Origin: an uncultured Alphaproteobacteria bacterium
GTDB taxonomy: Bacteria > Pseudomonadota > Alphaproteobacteria > GCA-2731375
NCBI GenBank assembly: GCA_951812805.1
Contig: CATOSZ010000002.1
Location: 333,111-397,110 of the forward strand
Length of the DNA: 64,000 bases
Reading direction: 5' to 3'
Made by a program: the position numbers and the translations under genes. Shown piece after piece: positions 20,911 to 30,865 of the stretch (position 1 is the stretch's first letter; every line of letters starts with the position of its first letter). The notes under the pieces are model-generated. The model saw nothing but the letters and a program-made list of their open reading frames with translations, had not been told where the DNA came from and did not search any database.

Positions 20911-20945
20911 GGCGGCGCTCTTCGGGGCGCCGCCGTTTTGCTGTC
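20911..20945 (+). terminator. Rho-independent terminator after the DUF4142 gene
   Basis: GGCGGCGGCGCTCTTCGGGGCGCCGCCG hairpin followed by TTTTGCTG. Confidence 0.5.
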
Positions 20946-21033
20946 CGGGTTTCCCCACGTCCACCTTTGCCGCGACCGAATTCGGTGTCATCGTGATCGG
21001 GGCGGCCTAATCCGGATTAGGAGTGGGGACGTG

Positions 21034-21894
21034 ATGTCATTTGTTTTTGCGGCCGTACGCCGGCCGGCGCGGGCGATCCTGCCGGCGATCGTGCTGCTGT
21101 TCGCCCTCGTCACGGCGCCCCTGGCCGCCGAGGTCGATTCGCGGCTCTTCAACGCCGCGCTCGCCGGCGACCTCGCCGGGGCGAAGCGCTTCCTGGAGAA
21201 CGGCGCCAAGGTCGACTTCGTGCATACGGGGCGCGGCACGGCGCTGATCGCCGCCGCCTACAAGGGGCATGACGATATCGTCGAGGTCCTGCTGGCCAAG
21301 GGCGCGTCGGTCGAGCTGACGGCGAAGAACCGCCTCAACGCCCTGGTCGTCGCCGCCGGCGGCGGCCATGTCGCCGTGGTCGAGCGGCTGCTGGCGGCGG
21401 GCGCCTCACCGGACGTCAAGGCCGCGCGTGGGGCGACCGCCCTCATCCTCGCCTCGGAAATCGGGCACGGCGCGGTGGTCGACGCCCTGCTGGCCGGGGG
21501 CGCGAACATCGAGGCCCGCGCCGAAGACGGCGCCACCGCCCTGCTGCAAGCCGCCTGGCACGGCCATCCGGGCATCGTCGCGGCCCTGCTCGCCAAAGGC
21601 TCGTCCCTCGACGTCGGCCTGAAGGACGGGACGGCACCGCTGGCCATGGCGGCGCAGCACGGCCGGGCCGGCATCGTCGACACCCTGCTGGCGGCGGGCG
21701 CGGCGATCGACGCGCAGAACAGCTTCGGCACCAGCGCGCTGATGTTCGCCGCGCAATCCGGCCACGTCGCCATCGTCGAAACGCTGCTGGCAAAAGGCGC
21801 GGACCCGAGCCTGTCGCTGAAGAACGGAACCACCGCGCACGGCCTGACAAAGGACGCGAAGATCAAGGCGCTGCTGGCGGCGGCGGGCGAGTAG
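21034..21894 (+). CDS. Secreted ankyrin-repeat protein (~7 repeats)
   Basis: MSFVFAAVRRPARAILPAIVLLFALVTAPLAA signal peptide, then tandem ...G.TALI.AA..GH..IVE.LL..GA... repeats. GGAG RBS before the ATG at 21034. Confidence 0.8.
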   Translation: MSFVFAAVRRPARAILPAIVLLFALVTAPLAAEVDSRLFNAALAGDLAGAKRFLENGAKVDFVHTGRGTALIAAAYKGHDDIVEVLLAKGASVELTAKNRLNALVVAAGGGHVAVVERLLAAGASPDVKAARGATALILASEIGHGAVVDALLAGGANIEARAEDGATALLQAAWHGHPGIVAALLAKGSSLDVGLKDGTAPLAMAAQHGRAGIVDTLLAAGAAIDAQNSFGTSALMFAAQSGHVAIVETLLAKGADPSLSLKNGTTAHGLTKDAKIKALLAAAGE

Positions 21895-21922
21895 GCGCCC
21901 GGGCCGAAACAAGGAGGGGACG

Positions 21923-22558
21923 ATGGCTATCGGCGGAAGTGAGCTGCTGCTGTTTCTCGGCGGTTGCGCGATCATCATCATCGCGCCGGGACCGGACATC
22001 CTGCTGGCGATCGCCCGGGGTCTCGGCCAGGGACGCCGGGCGGCGATCACCAGCGCATGGGCCTGCGGTGCCAGCATCTTCACCCATTCGGCGCTGGCCG
22101 CCTTCGGCCTCTCGCTGCTGCTGCAGACCTCCCTCTTCGCTTTCACGGTGATGAAGCTCGCTGGCGCGGCCTATCTGATCTATCTCGGCGTGCGTTGCAT
22201 CGTCTCGAAGACGTTGTTCCGGCCCGCCGCCGCGGCGCCGATCGCGCTCTCCCGGGTGTTCTGGACCGGCTTTCTCTCGAACTTCCTCAATCCGAAGGTG
22301 CTGCTCTTCACGCTTGCCTTCCTGCCGCAGTTCGTCGATGCGGGCAGTGCGACGGCGGCCAGCGAGATGCTGCTCCTGGGCGCCCTCTTCGCCATCCTCT
22401 GCGCAAGCGCCTTCAGCGTCTTCGGCTGCTTCGCCGCCACCCTGTCGGCCTGGCTGCTGGCGCGGCCCCGGGTGATCGCCGGCCTCAACTGGGGGGCGGG
22501 CGTCGCCCTCATCCTCTCGGGCCTGCGCATCGCCACCCTGAAGCCACAGGAGGCCTGA
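21923..22558 (+). CDS. LysE/RhtB family amino-acid exporter
   Basis: 211-aa six-TM protein with ...PGPDILLAIARGL... motif. Confidence 0.8.
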   Translation: MAIGGSELLLFLGGCAIIIIAPGPDILLAIARGLGQGRRAAITSAWACGASIFTHSALAAFGLSLLLQTSLFAFTVMKLAGAAYLIYLGVRCIVSKTLFRPAAAAPIALSRVFWTGFLSNFLNPKVLLFTLAFLPQFVDAGSATAASEMLLLGALFAILCASAFSVFGCFAATLSAWLLARPRVIAGLNWGAGVALILSGLRIATLKPQEA

Positions 22559-24643
22559 TCAGTCCAGCTTGCGGATCCAGATCGCGTTGTCGTGGAAGGC
22601 GCCGCCGCCGATAGGGGCGACGGGGTCCGCGCCGGTGAGCGCGTTGATGCCGATCCCCTCCTCGAAGGCGGCGTTGGGCCACACGCTCTCGACGATGACG
22701 ACGCCCGGGCGGGCGCCGGCTTCGACCTCGACGTGGATCGCGACGTTACCCCGGTCGTTGCCGAGGCGGACGCGGTCGCCGTCGCGGACGTCCAGTGCCG
22801 CGGCGTCCGCCGGCGTGAGCTTCACGGTCGGCCGGCCCTCGCGCCGGATCGAGGTCGGCGTCTCGGTGAAGGACGAGTTCAGGTAGCTCCGCGCCGGCGC
22901 GGTCACCAGGCGATAGGGCTTTTCGGCCGTCTGATCCTCGATCACGTTCCAATGGTCCGGCAGGCGGGGGCGGGCGTCCTGCCAGCCCTCGGGGCCGAAC
23001 CTGCCGAAGCTCCAGCGTTCCCACTTCGGCGCGAAGTGAAACTTGCGGTCCGGATTGGCGAAGCCGTTCAGGTAATGCGCCGTCTCGAAATCGGGCTGGC
23101 AGTCGATCCAGCGCTTCTCCACCAGCTCGTCGAAGCCCGGATAGCCCGACGCCTTCAGCGTCCAGTCGCAGAGTTCCGCCGCGGTCATCTCGAAGCCCGG
23201 ATGGTCGGCGCCGAGCCGGCGGGCCAGCGCCGTCACCACCTCGTGGTTGGAGCGGCAGCCCTCCGGCGGGTCGACGACCTTCGGGCCGGCGATGACGTAT
23301 TGGTGGCCGCCGCCGTGGTAGATGTCGTCGTGTTCCAGGAACATGGTGGCGGGCAGCACGATGTCGGCCATCTTCGCCGTCTCGGTCATGAACTGCTCGT
23401 GCACGACGGTGAACAGGTCGTCGCGGGCGAAGCCGGGATGCACCTTGTTCGATTCCGGCGCGATCATCATCGGGTTGGTGTTCTGGATGAAAAGGGCGGT
23501 GACCGGCGGCCCATCCCAGAGCGCGTCCCGCTCGCCCATCAGGATCGGCCCGATCCGGGTCTGGTCGAGCACGCGGATCTCGCGGTCGCGCGCGTCCAGC
23601 CCCTCGATCATCGACTTGTCCCAGGTGAAGATCGAGCCGTTGTTGTGAAAGGCACCGCCGCCCTCGTATTTCCAGGCGCCGGTGACGGCGGCGATGGAAA
23701 GGGCGGCGTGCATGTTGAAGGCGCCGTTGCGATTGCGCGCGAAGCCGTAGCCGAGGCGGAAGAAGGTCCGCTTGGTTTCGCCCACCAGCTTGGCGAAAGC
23801 CTCGATCTCGGCGACCGGCACGCCGGTGATGGCCTCGGCCCATTCGGGCGTGCGGCTTTGCAAGTGGGCCTCCAGCTCCGCCGGGCAGTCGGTGTATTCG
23901 GCGAGGTAGTCCCGGTCGGAATGGCCGTCGCGGAACAGCACGTGCATGACCGCGCAGGCGAAGGCCCCGTCGGTGCCGGGCTTCAGGCAGATGTGGATGT
24001 CCGCCTGTTCGGCCGAGCCGGTGCGGTAGACGTCGACGACGGCGATTTTGGCGCCACGTTCCTTGCGGGCCCGGGTCGCGTGGGTCATGACGTTGACCTG
24101 GGTGTTCACCGGATTGGTGCCCCAGATCACCACCAGGTCGGACTTCGCCATCTCCCGCGGGTCGGCGCCGGCGAGCTTGCCGGTACCGGCGATGAAGCCG
24201 TTCCAGGCGAGCGTCGTGCAGATCGTGTTGTGCTGGCCGGAGTATTTCTTGACGTTGCGCAGCCGGTGGATGCCGTCGCGCATCACCAGGCCCATGGTGC
24301 CCGCATAGTAATAGGGCCAGACCGTCTCGGAGCCGAGCGCCTGTTCCGCCTTCAGCAGGCCTTCCGCCGCCGCGTCGAGGGCCTCGTCCCAGCCGATCGG
24401 CTGGAATTCGCCGCTGCCCTTGGGGCCGACGCGGCGCATCGGCCGGGTCAGGCGGTCGGGGTGGTGGATCCGCTCGGCATAGCGCGCGACCTTGGCGCAG
24501 ACGACGCCCGCCGTATAGTCGTTGTCCGCCGCGCCGCGCACCCGCCCGATCGTCGTCGCGTTCAGCCGCTCGACGTCCAGCGCGCAGGTGGACGGGCAGT
24601 CGTGCGGGCAGGCGCTGTGGCGAATTTCGGGCAAGGCGTTCAT
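22559..24643 (-). CDS. Molybdopterin (bis-MGD) oxidoreductase, single-subunit, with N-terminal 4Fe-4S Cys cluster (FdhF/NasA/YdeP-like)
   Basis: MNALPEIRHSACPHDCPSTCAL... The start was mapped to the ATG at 24641-24643, which has a GGAGGA RBS. The 1264-aa ORF is an upstream read-through artefact. Also contains ...VIWGTNPV..., a Mo-enzyme signature. Confidence 0.8.
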   Translation of the reverse strand: MNALPEIRHSACPHDCPSTCALDVERLNATTIGRVRGAADNDYTAGVVCAKVARYAERIHHPDRLTRPMRRVGPKGSGEFQPIGWDEALDAAAEGLLKAEQALGSETVWPYYYAGTMGLVMRDGIHRLRNVKKYSGQHNTICTTLAWNGFIAGTGKLAGADPREMAKSDLVVIWGTNPVNTQVNVMTHATRARKERGAKIAVVDVYRTGSAEQADIHICLKPGTDGAFACAVMHVLFRDGHSDRDYLAEYTDCPAELEAHLQSRTPEWAEAITGVPVAEIEAFAKLVGETKRTFFRLGYGFARNRNGAFNMHAALSIAAVTGAWKYEGGGAFHNNGSIFTWDKSMIEGLDARDREIRVLDQTRIGPILMGERDALWDGPPVTALFIQNTNPMMIAPESNKVHPGFARDDLFTVVHEQFMTETAKMADIVLPATMFLEHDDIYHGGGHQYVIAGPKVVDPPEGCRSNHEVVTALARRLGADHPGFEMTAAELCDWTLKASGYPGFDELVEKRWIDCQPDFETAHYLNGFANPDRKFHFAPKWERWSFGRFGPEGWQDARPRLPDHWNVIEDQTAEKPYRLVTAPARSYLNSSFTETPTSIRREGRPTVKLTPADAAALDVRDGDRVRLGNDRGNVAIHVEVEAGARPGVVIVESVWPNAAFEEGIGINALTGADPVAPIGGGAFHDNAIWIRKLD

Positions 24644-24769
24644 GGCTCTCGTTCCTCCGGCAGGGCGCGAGCGACAACATGTCGCCGAATGCGGGTGGTG
24701 GCAAGGGCGACGATGGATCGGCTGCGGGGGGCGGGCTAATCTCGGGCGGCGAAACGTCGGGAGGGGAAG

Positions 24770-26380
24770 ATGGCGGACGTGGAGACCTACGATTTCATCG
24801 TCGTCGGCGCGGGCTCGGCCGGTGCCGCCGTGGCTTACCGCCTGTCGGCCGATCCGGGCCACCGGGTCCTGCTGCTGGAGGCCGGACGGGCGAGCCATCC
24901 CTGGTCGCCCATTCCGATCGGCTATGCCCGGCTGGTCAACAATCCGGCCGCCAACTGGTGCTATTCCGGCGAGCCGGAGGACAGCACCAACGGCCGCCGC
25001 CTGCATGTCCCGCGCGGCAAGCTGCTGGGCGGCTCCAGCGCGATCAACGGCCTGGTCTTCGTGCGCGGCCAGGCCCGCGACTACGACCATTGGGCACAGC
25101 TCGGCAACCAGGGCTGGAGCTACGCGGACGTCCTGCCGTTCTTCAAGAAGCTGGAAAGTTACGAGGGCGGCGAGGACGAGTTCCGCGGCCGCGACGGCCC
25201 GCTGAAGGTCACCGACCCGGACGAGCCGGGCCTGCTGTATGAATCGTTGATCAAGGCGGCGGGCGAGGTCGGCATCCCGCACAACCCGGACTACAACGGG
25301 GCGCGCCAGGAAGGCATCTCGATGAGCCAGGCGACGATCTCCGGCGGCCGGCGGATGAGCACAGCGCATTGCTATCTGACACCGGCCCGGGGCCGCGCCA
25401 ACCTGGAGATCCAAACCGAGGCGTTGAGCCACGGCGTGCTGCTCGACGACGAGAAACGCTGCGTCGGCGTGCGCTACGCGGTGCGCGGTGAAATCCGCGA
25501 GGCCCGGGTCCGGCGCGAGGTGGTGGTGAGCGCCGGCACCATCAACTCGCCCCAGGTGCTGGAACTCTCCGGCATCGGCGATCCCGAAACGCTGGCCGCC
25601 GCCGGCGTCGACGTGCGCCACGCGCTGCCGGGGGTGGGGCGGAACCTGCGCGACCATTACGCGCCGCGCACCCGCTGGGCGATCGACCAGCCGGGCGTCA
25701 CCTACAACAGCCGGGCCGGCGGCGTCCGCATCGTCGGCCAGGCCTTGAAGTATCTGTTCCTGCGCAAGGGCATGATGGGGATCCCCGCCGCGCCGATCCG
25801 CGCCTTCGTGCGCACGCGCGAGACGATCGACGTGCCGGACGGCCTGCTCGGCTGGGTGCCGCTGCTCTATGATCCGGGCTACAAGCTCAGCCGACAATCG
25901 GGCGTGACCTGCTATGCCCACGCCATGCGGCCGGAGAGTACCGGCCACATCCACATCACCTCGCCGGATCCCGGAACCGCGCCGGCGATCCGCTTCAACT
26001 TCCTGGATTCCCCCCTCGACATCGAGACGACCATCGCCGCCATCCGCAAGGCCCGCGCGGTGATGACCGCGCCGGCCATGCAGGCGATCGGCACCCGCGA
26101 GCTCGCCCCCGGGCCGGCGGTGACGACGGACGAGGCCATCCTCGAATGGGTCAAGGCGGCCGGCGAGACGACCTATCACCCGGTCGGCACCTGCAAGATG
26201 GGCCCCGACGGTGATCCCATGGCGGTGCTGGACGAGCGGCTTCGGGTCCGCGGCATCCGGGGCCTGCGGGTCGCCGACGTCTCGATCATGCCGACGCACA
26301 TCTCCGGCAACACCAACGCACCAGCGATCATGATCGGCGAGAAGGCAGCCCAAATGGTGTTGGAAGACAGCGCGGGATGA
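24770..26380 (+). CDS. GMC-family FAD oxidoreductase (choline dehydrogenase-like)
   Basis: MADVETYDFIVVGAGSAGAAVAYRLS...GGSSAINGLVFVRG... Ends GEKAAQMV..., the GMC C-terminal motif. Confidence 0.85.
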   Translation: MADVETYDFIVVGAGSAGAAVAYRLSADPGHRVLLLEAGRASHPWSPIPIGYARLVNNPAANWCYSGEPEDSTNGRRLHVPRGKLLGGSSAINGLVFVRGQARDYDHWAQLGNQGWSYADVLPFFKKLESYEGGEDEFRGRDGPLKVTDPDEPGLLYESLIKAAGEVGIPHNPDYNGARQEGISMSQATISGGRRMSTAHCYLTPARGRANLEIQTEALSHGVLLDDEKRCVGVRYAVRGEIREARVRREVVVSAGTINSPQVLELSGIGDPETLAAAGVDVRHALPGVGRNLRDHYAPRTRWAIDQPGVTYNSRAGGVRIVGQALKYLFLRKGMMGIPAAPIRAFVRTRETIDVPDGLLGWVPLLYDPGYKLSRQSGVTCYAHAMRPESTGHIHITSPDPGTAPAIRFNFLDSPLDIETTIAAIRKARAVMTAPAMQAIGTRELAPGPAVTTDEAILEWVKAAGETTYHPVGTCKMGPDGDPMAVLDERLRVRGIRGLRVADVSIMPTHISGNTNAPAIMIGEKAAQMVLEDSAG

Positions 26381-27210
26381 CGGCGATGGACCACCGCTTG
26401 AGCGCCGAGCGGCTCGCCGCCTGGACGCGCGACGGCTTCGTCGTGCCGGACTACCAGCTGCCCCCCGCCACGCTGGCGGCGTTGGCCGGCGCGCTCGAGG
26501 AGCTGCTGGCGACTTATCCGCGCATGCCGACGGAGGGGCTGGTTTCGCCGCATATCCGCTATCTCGGCGGGCCGGCGCCGGACCTGCACGACCGCTTTCT
26601 GGAACTTTGCCGCGTGCCCGAGGTCCTCGACATTGCCGAGCAGCTGATCGGGCCGGACATCATCCTCTGGGGCAGCCGGATCTTCTCCAAGTCCGCGCGC
26701 ACCGGCCGGGCGACGCCCTGGCACCAGGACGGCGAATACTGGCCGATCCGCCCGCTGGCGACCGTCACCGCCTGGATCGCCATCGACGCCACGACGCCGG
26801 CCAACGGCTGTCTGCGCCTTGTCGCCGGGTCGCATCAGGGTAAGCGGCTGATGCGCCACGAAAGTATCGCCGGCCGGGGCGCCGCCCTCGACAAGGAAAT
26901 CGCGCCGGGTGAGTTCGACGCGGGCGACGTGGTGGAGGTGCCCCTCGCGCCGGGGCAGATGGTGTTCTTCGACGTCTACACCGCGCACGGTGCCACGGCG
27001 AATACCAGCGGCGAGCGCCGGGCCGGCTTCGCCATCCGCTATATGCCGGGAAGCGCCCTCTACGACCGCGAGATGCGGGTCGGCAGCGGCCAGGACGACG
27101 TCCAGACCGACTTGAGCGAACGTGCCCTCTTCCTGTTGCGCGGCCAGGACCGCACGGGCCGGAACGATTTCGAGATCGGCCACGACGGCATGCGCGTCGA
27201 GGTCGCCTGA
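26377..27210 (+). CDS. Phytanoyl-CoA dioxygenase (PhyH) family protein, second paralogue
   Basis: 277 aa, WHQDGEYWP...H motif. ATGA overlap with the GMC gene. Confidence 0.75.
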   Translation: MTAMDHRLSAERLAAWTRDGFVVPDYQLPPATLAALAGALEELLATYPRMPTEGLVSPHIRYLGGPAPDLHDRFLELCRVPEVLDIAEQLIGPDIILWGSRIFSKSARTGRATPWHQDGEYWPIRPLATVTAWIAIDATTPANGCLRLVAGSHQGKRLMRHESIAGRGAALDKEIAPGEFDAGDVVEVPLAPGQMVFFDVYTAHGATANTSGERRAGFAIRYMPGSALYDREMRVGSGQDDVQTDLSERALFLLRGQDRTGRNDFEIGHDGMRVEVA

Positions 27211-27211
27211 T

Positions 27212-27916
27212 TCAGAGAATCGGATCCAAGCCCAACTCCCGCAGCAGCTCGCCCGCCAGGCACTGGTTGGAGGCGACGACGGGTTTGTCGGTCACCTCGC
27301 CCGCGCGAGCGAGCGCCGCCAGCGTCGGCAACCCGCTGCCGGAGAGCAGCACGGCGTCGACGTCGTCGAGCGGTACGGCGCGGAGCGCGGCGAACGCGTC
27401 CGCGGCACCCAAGCCGTAGATCGAGCGGGTATCCCGGCTGCCGGTCTCCAGCCTGTCGATGATCGGGATCTCGAAACCCCGCGTCTCCCAATAGGTTTTC
27501 GCCGCCGCGACCAGATCGGCGGGATAAGGCGATAGCAGGGCGAGGCGGCGGACCCCCAGCGCATCGAGGCGGCGCTGGATCGCCTCGCTCGCGGTCAGTA
27601 CGGGATAGCCGAAGCGGGCCTCGGCCCGGGCGACGATCTCCCGTTCCCGCGCCAGGCCGACGAGGTAGGCGGATCCGGTACAGGCGAAGGCAAAGCCGTC
27701 GAGGCGGAGCGTGTCGAATCGGGCGAGGTAGTTCTCCAGGTCCTCGATATAGGCGATGAGGCGGGTGGCGCTGTCGGCCGCGTCGCACGTCAGGCGGACC
27801 GTATAGGGCTCGACGCCGTCCGGCAGCAGACGGCGGAACTCCGGCTCCACCGTCGGGTTGGCCTGCGGCACGCCGAGGCCGAGGCGGGCGCGGGCGCCGT
27901 AGTCGGGCCCGCTCAT
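27212..27916 (-). CDS. Asp/Glu/hydantoin racemase superfamily protein (maleate isomerase / arylmalonate decarboxylase-like)
   Basis: 234 aa, ...AFACTGSAYL...LLSGSGLPT... pattern. Confidence 0.65.
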   Translation of the reverse strand: MSGPDYGARARLGLGVPQANPTVEPEFRRLLPDGVEPYTVRLTCDAADSATRLIAYIEDLENYLARFDTLRLDGFAFACTGSAYLVGLAREREIVARAEARFGYPVLTASEAIQRRLDALGVRRLALLSPYPADLVAAAKTYWETRGFEIPIIDRLETGSRDTRSIYGLGAADAFAALRAVPLDDVDAVLLSGSGLPTLAALARAGEVTDKPVVASNQCLAGELLRELGLDPIL

Positions 27917-29112
27917 GGTGCGGCCTCCGCCTGCCGCAAGCCCTCGAGCATGGAACTACGGCGGAGGTAGGCGCGGGCCCGCTCGGGGTCCCCGGTGATC
28001 GCCTGAAGGTCGCGCAACAGTTCGCGGCGGCGACCCGGGTCCGTCTCCAGCATCCGTTTCCGGTTGCGGTCCGCTTGGGCCAGGATCTCCCGCGCGGCGA
28101 CCGGCCGGCGCTGGCGCTCGTAGCGGTCGAGCAGGTCGGGATCCGCCCCCTCCCACACCGCTTTAAGTTTCTCCGTGAGGTTGAAGGCGTCGTGGATGCC
28201 GCCATTCATGCCCATGCCGCCCGACGGGCTGTTCAGGTGCGCCGCGTCGCCGGCCAGCAGCACCCGGCCCCGCCGCCAGGTCTCGGCCAGCCGTTGATGC
28301 ACCCGGTAGGGCCGCTTGTCGTGGATCTCGAACGGCGCCTCGCCCGGATGGATCCGACGCAGCTGCGCCTGCACGCGTTCCATTTCCACCGCCTCCTCCA
28401 GGCCGAGCGTGGGATCGAAATAAAGGCTGCAGCGCCACAGGCCCGGCAGCTGCAGCAGCGCGAAGTTGCCCTCGGCCGACCAGCAGTAGTTGACGACGGA
28501 AAGATCGTCCAGGACGTCGTGGAAGGCAAACGGCGTCGTCGCCAGCACCGTGGTTTCCGGATAGGTATCGCCCGCGAAGCCGATACCGGCAAGACGGCGC
28601 ACCGCACTCTGCCCGCCGTCGGCGCCGATCAGCCAGCGAGCCCCGAGCGGCACGTCCTCGCCGTCGCGGCGCAGAATCGCCGTAACGCCGTCCGCGTCCT
28701 GCGCCAGGTCGACCAGCTCGGTCTCGAAGAGGATCTCCACGCTGTTATCCCCGGCGAGCCGTTCGGCGATAACGGCGGCGAGATGGGCTTGTTCGCACTG
28801 CAGGCGATAGGGATGGTCCGTCTCGTCGGCGATGAGGGAGAGGTCGAAGACCGCCCGTTCCCCCGTCTCGTGCATGCGGATCTGCCAGGTCGGACAGCGC
28901 AGGCCGCGGGCCTCCAGGGCCGCGGTCAGGCCATAGGGCGCCAGCATGTCCAGGGTCGGCGGATGGAAGGTCGAGGCGCGGAGATCGTCGCTGACGCCCG
29001 CCGCCTTCTCGATCAGCGTCACCGGAATGCCAACGTCCGCCAGACGCAGCGCCGCGATCAGGCCGACCGGGCCGGCGCCGACGACGAGGACCCGATCCGT
29101 CGCCGCCCCCAT
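27913..29112 (-). CDS. FAD-dependent aromatic-ring monooxygenase (UbiH/salicylate hydroxylase family)
   Basis: MGAATDRVLVVGAGPVGLIAALRLA...LLAGDAAHLNSPSGGMGMN... ATGA overlap with the racemase gene. Confidence 0.8.
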   Translation of the reverse strand: MGAATDRVLVVGAGPVGLIAALRLADVGIPVTLIEKAAGVSDDLRASTFHPPTLDMLAPYGLTAALEARGLRCPTWQIRMHETGERAVFDLSLIADETDHPYRLQCEQAHLAAVIAERLAGDNSVEILFETELVDLAQDADGVTAILRRDGEDVPLGARWLIGADGGQSAVRRLAGIGFAGDTYPETTVLATTPFAFHDVLDDLSVVNYCWSAEGNFALLQLPGLWRCSLYFDPTLGLEEAVEMERVQAQLRRIHPGEAPFEIHDKRPYRVHQRLAETWRRGRVLLAGDAAHLNSPSGGMGMNGGIHDAFNLTEKLKAVWEGADPDLLDRYERQRRPVAAREILAQADRNRKRMLETDPGRRRELLRDLQAITGDPERARAYLRRSSMLEGLRQAEAAP

Positions 29113-29118
29113 GCCGCG

Positions 29119-30165
29119 TCAGGCCTTGCGGGCCGAGACGACGGCCCAGGGAAAGCGCCAGGCCGCACTGTCCACCGTATCGACGCCGTCGGCCTCGGCG
29201 AAAGGCTGGATCTCGATATCGCGGAAGCCGAGGCCGGCCAGCACCCCTTCGAGATCCATCTCGGCGAGGGGCCGCATGAACGGCTCGTTGTTACGCCGGC
29301 CGTGACCGTAGTGGATGAAGCGGGCGAAGGGCTCGGACGCGGGCAGGAAGTCGAGATGCGCCATGCGGCCGCCGGGCGCCAGCAGCCGGTGGGCTTCGGC
29401 GAAGCTCCGCTCGATCTCTTCCGGCGGCATCTCGTGAATCAGCATGGTCGAGGTGACGAGATCGAAACCCGCGTCGTCGTAGTCGGTGGCGAGCGCGTCC
29501 ATCTGCCGGTAGCGGACGTTTCGCGCCTGGTCCTCCGCGGCGATGGACGCGGCGAGCGCGAGGCAGGGGGCGGAGAGATCGATCGCCTCGATGCGCGCCT
29601 CGGGGAAGCTGTCGTAGAACGGCCGGGTGCTCTTGCCGAAGCCGCAGCCCATATCGAGGATGCGGGACGGCGCGCCCTCGGCGGCGAGGATGTCGGTGAA
29701 GCGCTGGTGCAGGTCGCGATGGCGCGCGCCCAGCATCGGCGTGGTCGAACGCGAGCCCCGCTCGTAGACGAAGCCGGCGATGTCCTCGCCGGAAACGCCG
29801 CCCGGATGCTGGTGGATGTCGACCGCCGAATAGTATTTCGGCACGTCGAGATCGGGGTCGAGCGCCAGCCGCCCGCCGGGATCCGCAAGGCCCGCAAGCA
29901 GGGCCTCGCGCCGTTCGCGGTGATAGGGGGCGAGGCCGTAGCGGCCGGAATACTTGAAGCGTTGCAGGTGGCGTTCCAGCCAGGCGTAGTAGCGATAGAG
30001 CACCGTTTCGCCGAGCATCGCCCGGACCTCCGCCGGCTCCCCGGGTGCCGCCTTGGCGGCCTTGTGCCGGTAATCGGCCTTCAGCGCGCCGTAGATCTCG
30101 GTCGTCCAGTATTTCTTGGCTTCCAGGAGAAAGTCCTGCGCCGCGACGAAGCTTCGCTCATCCAT
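29119..30165 (-). CDS. Class I SAM-dependent methyltransferase with N-terminal helical extension (349 aa)
   Basis: MDERSF... start mapped at 30165. ...ILDMGCGFGKST... is SAM-binding motif I. The upstream 126 codons of the ORF are Arg/Gly-rich read-through. Confidence 0.7.
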   Translation of the reverse strand: MDERSFVAAQDFLLEAKKYWTTEIYGALKADYRHKAAKAAPGEPAEVRAMLGETVLYRYYAWLERHLQRFKYSGRYGLAPYHRERREALLAGLADPGGRLALDPDLDVPKYYSAVDIHQHPGGVSGEDIAGFVYERGSRSTTPMLGARHRDLHQRFTDILAAEGAPSRILDMGCGFGKSTRPFYDSFPEARIEAIDLSAPCLALAASIAAEDQARNVRYRQMDALATDYDDAGFDLVTSTMLIHEMPPEEIERSFAEAHRLLAPGGRMAHLDFLPASEPFARFIHYGHGRRNNEPFMRPLAEMDLEGVLAGLGFRDIEIQPFAEADGVDTVDSAAWRFPWAVVSARKA

Positions 30166-30170
30166 CTCGC

Positions 30171-30443
30171 TCACCCCACGCTCTTGGAGGATTGTCGGCC
30201 CAGCAGCGGCTCCAGCAGGGCGGCGGCGAAGGCGCGGCGATCGGCCTCGCCCGCCGCGCGTTCCTCGTCGCCCGGCGCCGCGGCGAGCTCGCCCGCCTCG
30301 ACGAGGCCCGCCGCCGCCAGCCGGGCCTCCAGCGCGCCCAACCGGTCGCGCAGGACCTGGACTTCCGTCGCCAGCGCCATGACCACGCCGAAGGCCCGGT
30401 CGAGCGCCTCGTCCTCGAAAAAGGTCTGTTCGGATCGCGCCAC
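30171..30443 (-). CDS. Hypothetical 90-aa acidic/Ala-rich protein (GTG start) coupled to the methyltransferase
   Basis: GTG at 30443 preceded by GGGAGG. Its stop lies 5 nt before the methyltransferase start. There is no conserved-domain call, so confidence is low. Confidence 0.35.
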   Translation of the reverse strand: MARSEQTFFEDEALDRAFGVVMALATEVQVLRDRLGALEARLAAAGLVEAGELAAAPGDEERAAGEADRRAFAAALLEPLLGRQSSKSVG

Positions 30444-30828
30444 CGTTTCGCCTCCCTGCCGTTGCCCCGTCCAGCTGGCGCGAAGTGTTCCATGTCGGGG
30501 GACGCTTGCAAAGTTTCGCGAATCCATCCGCCACAGGCGGCATCGTTTCGCGAGCTCGGTATCGAGGCGAACGATTGCTGCTTTTTCGCTCGCGCCTCGG
30601 GTTTCCGCTTGCCTTCGCCGGGGCGGCGGACTAAACGTCGCCTCCCGCCCGATATCCGGGCGGCACCGCGAAACGGGAAGCGAAATGCAAGACCCATCCA
30701 GACAGGCCCCCGAAGACATGGGGTCGACCACCCCCCGGGCCTGACGGCTGTTTCGCGCACCCGTCCCGCCCGACCGATACAGCGGAAAGGCAGGACATAT
30801 GAAACCATCACATCACACCTAAACCTTG

Positions 30829-30865
30829 CTCCCCCGGCCCCGGGGGAGGTTGGTATTTGCTTTGG
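30829..30865 (+). terminator. Orphan intrinsic terminator-like hairpin in the 540-bp intergenic region
   Basis: Perfect 9-bp stem CTCCCCCGG-CC-CCGGGGGAG followed by GTTGGTATTTGCTTTGG. No annotated plus-strand gene lies upstream. Confidence 0.4.

Noticed and set aside
22559-26353. 1264-aa minus-strand ORF interpreted as a single giant protein
   Set aside because: The C-terminal 694 aa form a complete Mo-oxidoreductase with its own RBS (GGAGGA) and ATG at 24643. The N-terminal 570 aa are antisense to the GMC oxidase gene and are low complexity.
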